A stretch of DNA of 64,000 nucleotides from an uncultured Solirubrobacterales bacterium (GCA_963768885.1 CAVYJN010000013.1:389-64388); one strand, 5' to 3'; shown: positions 29,045 through 40,546, counted from the stretch's first letter. Numbers and translations: made by a program. Notes: generated from the letters alone by a model not told the origin.

Positions 29045-31052
29045 ATGCGCCCCATCGAAAAGATCCTCGTCGCCAACCGCGGCGAGATCGCCGCCCGCGT
29101 CATGCGCACCTGCCGGGCGATGGGCATCGCGACCGTCGCCGTCTACGCCGACCCCGACCGCGAGGCGCCCTTCGTCCGCGCCGCCGACGAGGCCGTGTCC
29201 ATCGGCCCGCCGGTCTCGACCTCGTCCTTCCTCGCCATCGAGGCGATGCTCGACGTCGCGCGCCGCACCGGCGCCGACGCCATCCACCCGGGCTACGGCT
29301 TCCTCTCCGAGAACGCCGACTTCGCGCAGGCCTGCGCCGACGCGGGCGTCGTCTTCATCGGCCCGTCGCCCGAGGCCATCCGGCGCATGGGCAGCAAGAT
29401 CGAGGCGAAGCGCATCATGGAGGCCGCGGGCGTCCCGGTCGTGCCGGGCTTCACGGTCGCGGGGCTCGACGACCGCGAGGTCGCGGAGCGCGCGCGGAAG
29501 ATCGGCTACCCGCTCCTCGTGAAGGCCTCGGCGGGCGGGGGCGGGCGGGGGATGCGGCTCGTGCAGGATCCCGCGGCCCTCGGGCCCGCGCTCGAGGCGG
29601 CGCGGCGCGAGGCGAAGAGCGCCTTCGGCGACGACACGCTCCTCGTCGAGCGCTACGTCGACGGCGCCGCGCCACGTCGAGATCCAGATCCTCGGCGACA
29701 CCCACGGGACGCTCCTCCACTGCTTCGAGCGCGAGTGCTCGGTGCAGCGGCGGCACCAGAAGATCCTCGAGGAGTCGCCCTCGCCGGCGCTCGACGACGC
29801 GCGCCGCGCGCGCGCATGTGCGCCGCCGCGCGTCGCCGCCGGGCGGGCGATCGCGCTACCACAACGCCGGCACGGTCGAGTTCGTCGTCGACGCGTCGGG
29901 CGACTTCTACTTCCTCGAGGTGAACACGCGCCTCCAGGTCGAGCATCCCGTGACCGAGGAGGTGACCGGCCTCGACCTGGTCCGCCTCCAGATCCTGGTC
30001 GCGCAGGGCGAGCCGCTGCCGCTCCGCCAGGAGGACATCGTCGTCCGCGGGCACGCGATCGAGGCGCGCGTCTACGCCGAGGACCCGCGCACGGACTTCC
30101 TGCCGTCGACCGGCACGCTCGTCGCTCTGGGAGGAGGGCCGCGGGCCGGGCGTGCGCTGGGAGAGCGGCGTCGAGACCGGGTCCGACGGTCGAGCATCCA
30201 CTACGACCCGATGCTCGCCAAGGTGATCGCGCACGCGCCGACGCGCGCCGAGGCGCTCGCGCGGCTCGCGCGGGCGCTCGCGACGACGCGCGTGCACGGC
30301 GTGCGGACGAACGTCCCCGTCCTCCTCGACGTGCTCCGCCATCCCGAGTTCGCGGCCGGGCGCTTCGACACGCACTTCATCGGCACGCACGTCGTCCCGA
30401 GCCGCGAGCCGACGGCCGCCGAGCGCGACGCCGATCGCGTGCACGCGGTCGCCGCCGCGCTCTGGCTCCAGGAGCGCCGGCGGGCCGAGGCGCCCGTGCT
30501 GCGCGGGCTCCCGTCGGGCTGGCGGAACAACCCGAGCCAGCCGCAGACGGTGTCCTTCCGGAGCGGCGAGGCGACGATCGCCGTCGCCTACCGGGTGCGG
30601 ACGCCGGCGCGCATCGAGGTGACCGTCGACGGCGCGCCGCACGAGGCGAGCGTCCTCGGCTGGGGCGCGGACCACGTCGCGATCCTGCTCGACGGCGTCC
30701 GCCGCGCGTGCCGGGTCGCGACGCGCGACGACGTCCACTGGGTGCAGAGCGCGCTCGGCAGCTCGGAGCTGCACGAGGTGCCGCGCTTCCCACCGCCGGC
30801 GTCTGAAGAGGCACACGGCGGCTGCCTCGCGCCGATGCCCGGACGCATCCTCGCGATCCGCGTGCGCCCCGGGCGACCGCGTGACCAAGGGCCAGGTGCT
30901 CGCCGTCCTCGAGGCGATGAAGATGGAGCACGAGGTGCGAGTGCGCCGAGGACGGCGTCGTCCGCGAGGTGCCGGTCGAGCCCGGGCAGCAGGTGAACGC
31001 CGGCGACGTCCTCGTGGTCGTGGATACAGAGCAGGAGGAGGCTTCGGCATGA
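29045..31052 (+). pseudogene. acyl-CoA carboxylase biotin carboxylase/BCCP (alpha) subunit, at least six frameshifts
   Basis: KILVANRGEIAARV.., GYGFLSEN, ..[25 protein letters not shown].., ..[28 protein letters not shown].., and the biotinyl motif LEAMKMEH, spread over three frames. Shifts near 29670, 29830, 30125, 30190, 30870 and 30940. Confidence 0.85.
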
Positions 31053-31812
31053 GCGACGCGGTGCTGTACGAGGTCAGGCGGGACGCCGCCTGGATCACGC
31101 TGAACCAGCCGGAGCGGCGAAACGCGCTCAGCGCCGAGCTGGTCGACGGGCTCCGCACCCATCTCGCGACGGCGCTCGCGCGATCCGGCGGTGCGGCCGT
31201 GGTGCTCACGGGCGCCGGGGCCGCGTTCTGCGCCGGCGCCGATCTGAAGAGCGGCGGCCTCGCCGCCGCGGAGGGCGAGGAGCATCCGTTCGTCCGCGTC
31301 CTGAAGGCGATCTGGCACTCGCCGAAGCCGGTCATCGGCCGCGTCAACGGGCACGCCTTCGGCGGCGGGCTCGGCCTCACGGCGGCGTGCGATCTGACCA
31401 TCGCGGCCGACGGCGCCACGTTCGCGTTCAGCGAGGTCCGCGTCGGCGTCATCCCGGCGATCATCTCGGTCGTCTGCATCCCGAAGCTGGGCATCCAGAA
31501 CGCGATGTGGCTCTTCCTGACGGGCGAGCGCATCTCCGCCGCGCGGGCGGTCGAGGTGGGGCTCGTGCACCGCGTCGTGCCGGCCGCCGAGCTGGACCGT
31601 GCCGTCGAGGAGGTCGCCGGCCTCGTCCGCCTGGGCGGACCGAATGCCGTCCGCGAGGCGAAGCGGCTGGTGCGCCGCGTGCCGACGCTCGCGCTCGACG
31701 AGGCGTTCCGCGCGACGACCGCGACGAGCCTCGCGCTCTTCGCGTCCGAGGAGGCCGCCGAGGGCATGCAGCGCCTTCGTCGAGAAGCGGAAGCCGCCGC
31801 TGGGCGGAGTAA
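31049..31812 (+). pseudogene. enoyl-CoA hydratase/isomerase (crotonase) family, frame disrupted near the 3' end
   Basis: The ATG overlaps the alpha-subunit TGA (ATGA). ..VVLTGAGAAFCAGADL.., ..NGHAFGGGLGL.. The expected C-terminus EGMQAFVEKRKPPW needs frame changes at about 31770-31800. The uninterrupted frame runs on to 31876. Confidence 0.8.
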
Positions 31813-31815
31813 GCC

Positions 31816-33619
31816 ATGGCCTCGAACGACGTGCTCCGCATCGCGAACTGCAGCGGCTTCTACGGCGACCGCCTGAGCGCCGCCCGCGAGATGGTCGAGG
31901 GCGGCCCGATCGACGTGCTGACCGGCGACTACCTCGCCGAGCTGACGCTGATGATCCTCTGCCAAGGATCGCGCTGAAGGACCCGGACGCCGGCTACGCG
32001 CGCACCTTCCTCGCGCAGATCGAGGAGGTGCTCGGCGCCTGCGTCGAGCGCGGCATCCGGATCGTCGTCAACGCCGGCGGCCTCAACCCCGCCGGGCTCG
32101 CCGCCGAGCTCGACGCAGCTGGCGACGCGGCTCGGCGTCCGCGGCGCGCGATCGCGCACGTCGAGGGCGACGATCTCCTGCCGCGGCTCGCCGAGCTCCA
32201 GGCCGCGCGGCGAGACGCTCCGCCACCTCGACAAGGGCATCCCGCTCGCCGACGCTCGACAGCGCAGGTCGTGACCGCCAACGCCTACCTCGGCGCCTGG
32301 GGCATCGCCGAGGCGCTCGACGCGCGGCGCCGACGTCGTGATCTGCCCGCGCGTCACCGACGCGGCGCTCGACGCTCGGGCCCGGCGGCGTGGAAGTTCG
32401 GCTGGGCGCGCGACGACTGGGACCGCCTCGCGGCCGGCGTCGTCGCCGGGCCACATCATCGAGTGCGGCGCCGCAGTGCACCGGCGGCAACTACTCCTTC
32501 TTCCACGAGGTGCCGGGCCTCGAGCGCCCCGGCTTCCCGATCGCCGAGATGCACGCCGACGGCACGTTCGTCATCACCAAGCATCCCGGGCACCGGCGGC
32601 CTGGTGTCGGTCGGCACCGTCACGGCGCAGCTGCTCTACGAGATCGCAGGGCCCGCGCTACCTCAACCCCGACGTCGACGGCGCGCTTCGACACGATCGC
32701 GCTCGAGCAGGAGGGGCCCGACCGCGTGCGCGTCTCCGGCGTGCGCGGCGAGCCGCCGCCCGCCGACGACGAAGGTCTGCATCAACTACCTCGGCGGCTA
32801 CCGGAACTCGATGACGTTCGTGCTCGACCGGGCTCGACATCGAGGAGAAGGCGCGGCTCGCCGAGGAGACGCTCTGGAAGCTCGTCGGCGGCCGCGAGCG
32901 CTTCGCCGAGACGCACGTGCAGCTGCGGCGCTCGGACCGGCCCGATCCCGCGCACCAACGAGGAGGCCTTCGCGCTACCTCCGCGTCACGCGTGAAGGAC
33001 CCGGACGCCGAGCAAGGTCGGCCGCGCGTTCTCGCAACAAGGTCGTCGAGATGGCGCTCGCGAGCTACCCGGGCTTCTTCATGACGCACGCCGCCCGGCG
33101 ACGCGGATCGCCGTTCGGCGTCTACTGGCCGGCGCTGGTGCCGCTCGGAGCTGGTCGAGCACCGCGTGGTGCATCGGCGGGGAGACGATCGTCGTGCCGC
33201 CGGTCATCGCCGCCGGCGCGCGCCGCGCGCCCGGCGAGCGTCGCCGCCGCCGCCGTCGCGCCGCCGCCGGGCGGCCCGACCGCGCGGCTGCCGCTCGGCA
33301 CGATCTGCGGCGCGCGCTCGGGCGACAAGGGCGGCAACGCCAACGTCGGCGTCTGGGCGCGGAACGCCGGCGGCGTACGCGTGGCTCGAGCGACTTCCTC
33401 ACCGTCGAGCGCGTTCAAGCGCGCTCGTGCCGGAGGCGCGCGACGCTCGAGGTCGAGCGCTACGAGCTGCCGAACCTGCTGGCGCTCAACTTCGTCGTGC
33501 ACGGGCTGCTCGGCGACGGCGTCGCCGCGTCGCTGCGCAGCGACCCGCAGGCGAAGAGCCTCGGCGAGTACCTGCGCGCGCGGGTCGTCGACATTCCGCG
33601 GAGCCTGCTCGCCGAATAG
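31816..33619 (+). pseudogene. AtuA-like acyclic terpene utilisation protein (DUF1446), heavily frameshifted
   Basis: MASNDVLRIANCSGFYGDRLSAAREMVEGGPIDVLTGDYLAELTLMIL.., ..IVVNAGGLNPAGLA.., ..GGNYSFFHEVPGLERPGFPIAEMHADGTFVITKHPG.., ..GARSGDKGGNANVGVWAR.. and ..LNFVVHGLLGDGVA.. are scattered across frames. I count more than 10 shifts. Confidence 0.75.
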
Positions 33620-33929
33620 CGACGAGGCGCATTCGACCGCGTGAGCGCTCACACCGCCAACAACGAGGGGCATAGTCCCTACAAACGCCTGAGTTGACGG
33701 ACCGCGTCTTATTCGACGCGGCGCCCCGGGCCCCCCGCAGCCGCATATGGCCGTCGCCTCGCGGCTCGCGACGCGGGCGTGCTGCTGCCCGGGGACGGTG
33801 TCGCGATCCTGCGCCGCGCCGGGGCCCGGCTGTGGGAGCTGGTGGCGACGTTCTGACGGCAGGTTTCACTGGACCGCACGCCCGGCGGCGTGCGATGGTC
33901 CCCGCTCGCGAGCGCAGAAGGAGGAACGC

Positions 33930-35829
33930 ATGTCGCGCCGGCGTGCCCGCATCAGCCTGCTGTTTCTCGCCTGTGCGGTGACGGCGGAGGCCTTCACCGT
34001 GCCCGTGGGGCGGAACTTTCGCGTGAACAGCACCGTCGACGGCACCCAGGGCCTTCCCGCGGTCGCGATCGACGGGGCGGGGAACCACGTCGTCGTATGG
34101 GCCGGAGGGGGCACGGTGGGCGGCGTCCGCGGACAGCGGTACGACCCGACCGGGGCTCCGCTCGGCGGGGAGTTCGCCGTGAGCACCAGCCTCGCCGGGT
34201 ATCCCGCGGTCGCCGCCGGACCAGGTGGAGGCTTCCTCGTCGTCTGGGGGGCCGCCGCCGACGTCCGGGCCCTGCGCTACGATGCCGCCGGTACGCCGCA
34301 GGGCAGCGCGTTCGTGGTCAACGCGTACACGACGGGCAATCAGGGGAATCCGGCGGTCGCCGCCGACGGACTCGGCAACTTCATCGTCGCGTGGGAGGGG
34401 TCGGCCGCTCACGATCCGATGAGCGGCATCGCGGCGCGGCGCTTCGACGCCGCCGGGGTGGCTCGGGGGCGACATTGCCGTCAGCGCGTACACGACCGAC
34501 ACCCAGTCCTCGCCGTCCGTGGCGGCGGACGGGAGCGGAAACTTCGTGGTGGCCTGGACCAGCAGGACCGACGGGAATGACAGCAGCGTCGCCGGGCGGC
34601 GCTTCGATGCCGGCGGCACGCCGCTCGGCGGCGAGTTCGTCGTGAACACCTATACGACCGGCTTCCAGTTTGAGCCGTCGGTGGCGCAGCGCTCGGCCGG
34701 CGACTTCGTGGTCGTGTGGACGGACTCCGGCATCATCCCGAGCGCGCGCGCGATCGTCGCCCAGCGCTTTGATGCGAGCGGGACGGCGGTCGGCGGCGAG
34801 ATACAGGTCGGTGCCGAGCCCTTAACGGTGGATACCCGGGCCCGCGCGGCGATGGATTCAGGCGGCGACTTCATGGTCGTCTGGCAGCGGGGCACACCCT
34901 TCGGGGCGCGGCGTTATGAGAGCGATGGGACGCCGCAGGGCGCAGACTTCGACGTGAGCGACTACACGCTGTTCGACCGCGACCAGGCGACGGTGGCCGC
35001 CGGCGGCGCCGGTCGCTTCCTGGTCGTCTGGCACGATGAGATTGGGGATGACGTCGTCGCCCAGCGCTTCAGCGCCGGCTGCGGTGACGGGATCGTCGAG
35101 CCCGGCGAGGCGTGCGACGACGGCAATGCCGCGGCCGGGGACGGCTGTGCGGCGAAGTGCGTGGCCGAGACGTGCTCCGCGTGCGTGGGCTCACCGTCGA
35201 GCTGCGTGCCGATCGTCACCTGCACGGCGGGCGACGGCTGCTGCGCGCCGGGGTGCACGGCGGCGACGGACGCCGACTGTCCCACCCCGATCGCGGGCGC
35301 CATGCTGGCCATCCGCGACCCGTTGTCGTCGGCGACGGTCAAGTCCACGCTCGGGTTCAAGTCCACGGATGCCGGGATCGACACGAGCCTCGCCAGCGGC
35401 TTCGATCCGCTCGCGGACGGTGCCGCGATCCAGATCTACAAGCCGACCGGCGACGGGGAGGATACGCGGTGCTGGGAGTTCCCTGCCGCGAGCTGGACGC
35501 TTCGCGACACGACCAACGGCGGGCGGGTGTTCAAGTACAGGGACACGGAGGCCGCGCCGTGCAGGATCGCCCGCGTGCGCGGCGGCCGACTGCTGCGGGC
35601 CCAGTGCGCCGGCGTCGTCTCGCGCGTGCCGTACGACCTGGGCGCGTCGCCGCAGGGCAGCCTCGCAGTACGCTTCAAGAGTGGCGGGATCGACTACTGC
35701 ACGCTGTTCGATTCGGCGTCCATCCAGCGCGACACGGACGTGAGCTTCCTCGCCCGAGGCGCGCCGGCGCCGGCGTCGTGCCCCGAGCCGCCGCTGCCGT
35801 GTCCGTTCCGGATCGCGCCCGCCGAGTGA
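33930..35829 (+). pseudogene. secreted repeat protein with Myxococcus-type cysteine-rich repeat, one frameshift
   Basis: Signal peptide MSRRRARISLLFLACAVTAEA. About 8 repeats of ..G.FVVVW....QRFD..G.P.G.EF.VN.YT.G.Q..P.VA... CGDGIVEPGEACDDGNAAAGDGC. Frame change near 34462. Confidence 0.75.
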
Positions 35830-35987
35830 GCAGCGCGATGTGCTGAGGGGCGAGCGGGAAACTGAGATCGGCCAGCCGCCGCCGATAGGGGGCGGGTCCA
35901 TACGGACGCCTCTTGCAGGCAGGCGCCCCCTCTAGCCACGGGAACGCTATCGTCCAAGCCGCTGGGTCGTGACGAGCGAGCGGCGGC

Positions 35988-36143
35988 TCAGTCGCAGGTT
36001 CCCCCCGTGCACGACAAGCCGCAGCACTCGATGGAATCGCTGCAGGAACTCCCCGCGGGACGGCAGCAGAGGAATCCCCTGCCATTTCCCGCGCGCCGCC
36101 CGGCCGAGTAGTCTCGGGACACCGCACCAGGGGAGGAGCCCAT
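35988..36143 (-). CDS. possible 51-aa cysteine-rich peptide (knottin-like Cys spacing); speculative
   Basis: MGSSPGAVSRDYSAGRRAGNGRGFLCCRPAGSSCSDSIECCGLSCTGGTCD. It lies in otherwise unassigned intergenic DNA. GC3 is about 80%. The RBS is weak and no signal peptide is present. Confidence 0.2.
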   Translation of the reverse strand: MGSSPGAVSRDYSAGRRAGNGRGFLCCRPAGSSCSDSIECCGLSCTGGTCD

Positions 36144-37061
36144 GCCCTTCGACTCGATATTCCGTCCCGGCCTGTTTGCCGGCCAGACCCACGTCGTCAC
36201 CGGCGGCGGCAGCGGGATCGGCCGCTGCACGGCGCACGAGCTGGCGCACCTCGGCGCGACCGTCGTTCTGGTCGGCCGGCGTGCGGACCGGCTCGAGGCC
36301 GTGCGCGCGGAGATCGCCGACGACGGTGGCCGGGCGGTCACCTTCACGGGCGATCATCGCGACGAGGACACCGCCCGCGGGATCGCACGCGCCGCCCTCG
36401 ACGCGCACCGGACGGATCGACGGGCTGGTGAACAACGCCGGCGGGCAGTTCGCGGCCCCGCTCGCGAGCATCAGCAAGAAGGGCTGGGAGGCCGTGGTCG
36501 CCAACAATCTCACCGGCGGGTTCCTCTGCGCGCGCGAGTGCTACACGCAGTGGATGGCCGAGCACGGCGGCGCGATCGTGAACATCGTCGCCGACATGTG
36601 GGGCAGCATGGTCGGCATGGGCCACTCCGGCGCCGCCCGCGCTGGCATGGTGAGCTTCACCGAGACGGCAGCGGTCGAGTGGGCGGCGAGCGGCGTGCGG
36701 GTGAACGCGGTCGCGCCCGGCTCGATCGCGTCGTCGGGGTTCGACACTTACCCCGACTGGATGCAGCCCCACCTCGCGAGCGCCCATGCTGGCGATCCCG
36801 GCCGCGCGGCTCGGGACGGAGTCCGAAGTCTCGGCGGCGATCTGCTTCCTCCTGTCGCCGGCGGCGGCGTTCATCAGCGGATCGGTGCTGCGCGTCGACG
36901 GTGCCGCCCCGAACGCGCGCCTCGCGTCGCCCCTGTCGGCGTTGCGCGACAAGGACGCGCCGCTGCCGATTCCCTGGCCGCTCGACGTCCACGACCGCTC
37001 CGTGCCGTGGCACGGCTTCCACCTCGGACGCCGCATCCACCGCTGGGGCGGATCGAAGTAG
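36142..37061 (+). pseudogene. SDR family oxidoreductase, two frameshifts
   Basis: VVTGGGSGIGRCTA.., ..IDGLVNNAGGQF.., ..GVRVNAVAPGSI.., ..ISGSVLRVDGA.., in three frames. Shifts near 36410 and 36780. Confidence 0.8.
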
Positions 37062-37150
37062 GGTCGTCCCCTCACGGGGTGACGAGCATATGGCCTCCGG
37101 ACCGGCATATGCGGCGCTTCGGGCCGCACCGCCGGAGCCGCTCGGATTCC

Positions 37151-37178
37151 TTGACCGGCGCAAGGCGTACGTTTTACT
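37151..37178 (+). promoter_or_regulatory. candidate sigma-70-type promoter (TTGACC-N16-TTTACT)
   Basis: It lies 22 nt upstream of ATG 37201, with a GGAGGA RBS between. It contains GGCGTACGT, which resembles the motif upstream of alkB. Confidence 0.3.
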
Positions 37179-37200
37179 GCCCCGGCACGGAGGATCTCAC

Positions 37201-37572
37201 ATGAAGATCATCGTCGGCGCCTTGATGCTCGTAGCGGCTCTCGCAGTCTCCCCGGTCGAGGCTTCCTTTATCGGAACCTTCCACCCGGGGAGTTTCTTCG
37301 TCGAGATCGCCAGCGGGTCGACCGAAGACGCTGCCCTCACGATCCTGGACGTGAAGAAGGCCCGGGTGGCCGTGCTCGCGGTGGAGACGGTGGGGCCGGG
37401 GGAGACGCGGCAGATCACGCCATCGATTCCGAAGAACACGCAGCGACTCGTCGTCACGTTGGACTTCGTTCCCCCCGGAAACGCCACGATCAGAATCATT
37501 CAGGGGACCAACATCTTCGCCGAAGCCATCACCGGGGCCCACCACGAGTTCGTGGTCAACGTGACGCCCTGA
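37201..37572 (+). CDS. small secreted hypothetical protein
   Basis: 123 aa with signal peptide MKIIVGALMLVAALAVSPVEA. Lower GC. No family recognised. Confidence 0.6.
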   Translation: MKIIVGALMLVAALAVSPVEASFIGTFHPGSFFVEIASGSTEDAALTILDVKKARVAVLAVETVGPGETRQITPSIPKNTQRLVVTLDFVPPGNATIRIIQGTNIFAEAITGAHHEFVVNVTP

Positions 37573-37589
37573 GCGGCGCGCACGGCGGG

Positions 37590-37742
37590 CTCCCGAACCT
37601 CTGGAGCCTCAACTTCGTCGTGCACGGGCTGCTCGGAGACGGCGTGGCGGCGTCGGTGCGGAGCGACGTGCAGGCGAAGAGTCTGGGGGAGTTCCTGCGG
37701 GCGCGGGTGGTTGATATTCCGCGGAGTCTCCTCGGCGAATAG
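37590..37742 (+). pseudogene. orphan AtuA (DUF1446) 3'-end fragment
   Basis: ..PNLWSLNFVVHGLLGDGVAASVRSDVQAKSLGEFLRARVVDIPRSLLGE*, versus the AtuA end ..PNLLALNFVVHGLLGDGVAASLRSDPQAKSLGEYLRARVVDIPRSLLAE* at 33470-33619. Similarity continues a few nt past the stop codon. Confidence 0.75.
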
Positions 37743-37816
37743 CGGGGAGACATTCGAGCCGACCTGGACAGGTGAGCGGAGGGTGCAGTGTGGGCCCGAC
37801 GCAGAGGAGGTCGATC

Positions 37817-38027
37817 GTGAGCGACGCGACGTACAAGGTGACCGAGGTGGTGGGGACATCGCACCGACAGCATCCAGCAGGCGGTGCGCAACGGGATCGC
37901 GCGGGCGAGCAAGACCCTGCGTAATCTCGACTGGTTCGAGGTTACTGAGATCCGCGGCCACATCGTCGACGGCGACGTCGGCCACTTTCAGGTGACGATG
38001 AAGATCGGGTTCAAAATGGAGGGCTGA
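37817..38027 (+). pseudogene. dodecin family protein, one frameshift
   Basis: GTG lies 6 nt after GAGGAGG. SDATYKVTEVVGTS|DSIQQAVRNGIARASKTLRNLDWFEVTEIRGHIVDGDVGHFQVTMKIGFKMEG. A 1-nt indel near 37862. Confidence 0.75.
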
Positions 38028-38088
38028 GGCTCTCGGCTGAACGCGCCCGATTGGGGAGAGCGTCCCGGACCCTGCGGGGGGTGTTTAG

Positions 38089-38292
38089 GTAAACGGGGAC
38101 GGCAAGGCGGACATCATCGTGGGCGCGGTGATCGGCACGCGGGCCAAGAGCGGCGCCATCGACCGGCCCGGCTACGTCACGGTCTTCGACGGGGCTAACC
38201 CGGCTCATCTGAAGGTTTCCCCGGAGGCTACATCCGCCCGCGCGCAGGTGTCCAGTTTGTACGCTCACACTAAGCCGCCGCGTCTCCAATAG
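38089..38292 (+). pseudogene. FG-GAP/VCBS-repeat protein fragment
   Basis: VNGDGKADIIVGAVIG...GYVTVFDGANPAHL.. A stop codon lies immediately upstream and there is no start codon. It is an isolated single repeat. Confidence 0.5.
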
Positions 38293-38363
38293 CGGACAGC
38301 AGCCTCGACGAGGGCCGCAGAATTCTTCCGACGGCGGCCGGCACCGCGGTTGCTTAACTCCGC

Positions 38364-39170
38364 ATGAAGATCGATCTCAAGCGGTTCGAAGGCACCCTGC
38401 CGTACGCGAGCGAACTGTTTGGCGTCTACCAGCCGCTACTCGGTTGGCGCTCGCGCATGACCGAGGATCGGCCCGCGCGCACAGGGCGCGGTCGTTGACC
38501 GACCGATAAACCGACTCCTCGGCGTGAAGGCCCTCATGGACCGGGAGGTCTCGATCTCCACCTATCTGAACTGGCTGTCTCGTCAGAGCCCGAGATCCTG
38601 GATGCGCTCTTCTACCGCACCGCCACCGATCCCTTCGCGGACATCCTCTCCTACCAAGAGCGACCCGCTCGCGACCTTCGGTCACAACGACCTCCAGGCG
38701 GTGCTCTCGCCGATCGGACTGGTGCACCTGTTTCGTCAGTACTTCTTCGAGTTCGACACGTTCCTCGGCCCCCCCGTCGGACACATCTGGCTGCCTCCCG
38801 GCGCCACGCTCGAGCTCGTCGAGGAGACGACGCGCCGGACGCTCACCGAGCGTACGGTCGAGACGCTGGTGGACGCCCTCGATCGCACCGAGAAGACCGA
38901 CACCGTGCACGACGAACTCTCCACCGCGATTCGCGAGGAGAATCGCACGAACACCAAGTTCGGCTTCGGCACGAACGTGAACTACGACAACGGGACGACC
39001 GAGGTCGGCGCGAACACCGACCTGTCGCTCGACAACTCTCGCACGTCGGCTCGCGAGACGCGCACAAGCAGATGCGCGAGCAGTCGCAGAAGGTCACTGC
39101 TGAGTACCGGAGAACCTTCAAGTCGACCTTCAACCGAAGGGAGAACACCGCCATGATCTCGATCGCTATT
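38364..39170 (+). pseudogene. decayed 5' part of a larger conserved hypothetical gene
   Basis: MKIDLKRFEGTLPYASELFGVYQPLLGWRSRM.., then ..PIGLVHLFRQYFFEFDTFLGPPVGHIWLPPGATLELVEETTRR..NTKFGFGTNVNYD.. in other frames. Premature stops. No family name recognised. Confidence 0.4.
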
Positions 39171-39437
39171 CGTCAGGACCTCAATGCAACACTCGCCGGC
39201 CTCGTGCGCGAGCACCCCCGGCACCCGGGACTCCCCGCGGTCGCGCGGATCAGGACAGCGGTGCAGCTGGCCGGCCTCGCCCTCGGAGGGGTCGGCCGTG
39301 TGCTCGGTTCCGGCGTCGTCTGGACCCGGCTCGCGCGGGCGCTGCCTCTCGCCGAACTGCTCCACGGCAGACGCGGTGCGGCCGATCAGCCGGCCCCTGG
39401 GACACGCGGCCTCCCTGGCCGGCGGCAGGCGAGCACG

Positions 39438-40546
39438 ATGCTCCTGGCGGCTGTGCTCTGCCTCCAGGGGGGCAGCGGCGCCGAGGCGTTCTCCGTCAAA
39501 GACATTCGGAACATCCTGACGTACGACGAGATGATGATACGATCTGCAGCGCGTCGCGACCCGCAGACCGGACGTGACGCTTAGCGAGGCCCCCTACCGT
39601 GCCAAGGCCACCGGACGGGCGATCCCGGTGATCACGGTGGGCCATGGTCCCCGCAAGGTCTTCATCACGGCGATGCAACACGCCAATGAGTATCGTGTCA
39701 GCAACGCCGCCGTCGCTATCGCGGCGAAGCTTAGTAGGCGCCAGCAACGCCTGGATGAGAAGCGCTCTGACGGTGGTGATCATGCCGCGCGTGAATGTCG
39801 ACGGGTTCGACGACACCCTTCCCGGTGAACCGTGGCGTGGGCTACCGTGGCGATGGAATGTCGATCCCACGGCCGTAGGGGCGCTGTCCCGGTACCCTCG
39901 GAGACACGGTCGGCCCCTTTCGCCGTCACCGGCGTCGGTTACAATGTCAATCGTTATCATCCCGCGGGACTCACGGAGAATCCGTACGCTCCGACAACGC
40001 CGAACCCCGTCCCGGAAGCCATGGCCGTTCGAAACGTCTTCAGTCAGGTGCAGCCGTCGATGATGATCGACATGCACGAGCAGCCGTCGGCCGTCGAGGA
40101 TGCCCAAGGGCGTCCTGTAGACGTAGCGGTCAACTGGCCGACACCATCGCTTGGGGTTGCGCCCGCTGTCCTCGCACAGGGAAAACGCATCGCCTACGCG
40201 GCCTTACTGGCGAATCCGAGGAAGCGAACGGCACTCTACAGCTTTGCGTCACGACCACCCGGGGCAGGCACATAACCGCTACGCCCTTCTGGGAGTGCCA
40301 AGCATCCTTCTGGAGTTCAGGGGCCTTGACTGTTGGATTGAAGCCGATGGCGGACTGTTCAGGTGTACTGCCGGAGGGGATCCGAGCAATCGGTCGGCGA
40401 CACGCCTGGCTACGAAGACCGTTTTTTCGATCCTCAAATCAACAGCTGACGGGTCCGTGGATCTGATCGATCCCGCCCTTGCAGACCAGTACATCCTCCC
40501 CTACCAAACACCGGCTTGGCCAACCGGAACCGAGGACGATCATTAG
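39438..40546 (+). pseudogene. M14 family metallocarboxypeptidase, several frameshifts
   Basis: Signal peptide MLLAAVLCLQGGSGAEA. ..VFITAMQHANEYRVS.. (HxxE), ..VVIMPRVNVDGFD.., ..GVGYNVNRYH.., ..MMIDMHEQ.., ..ILLEFRG.., in at least four frames. Confidence 0.7.
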
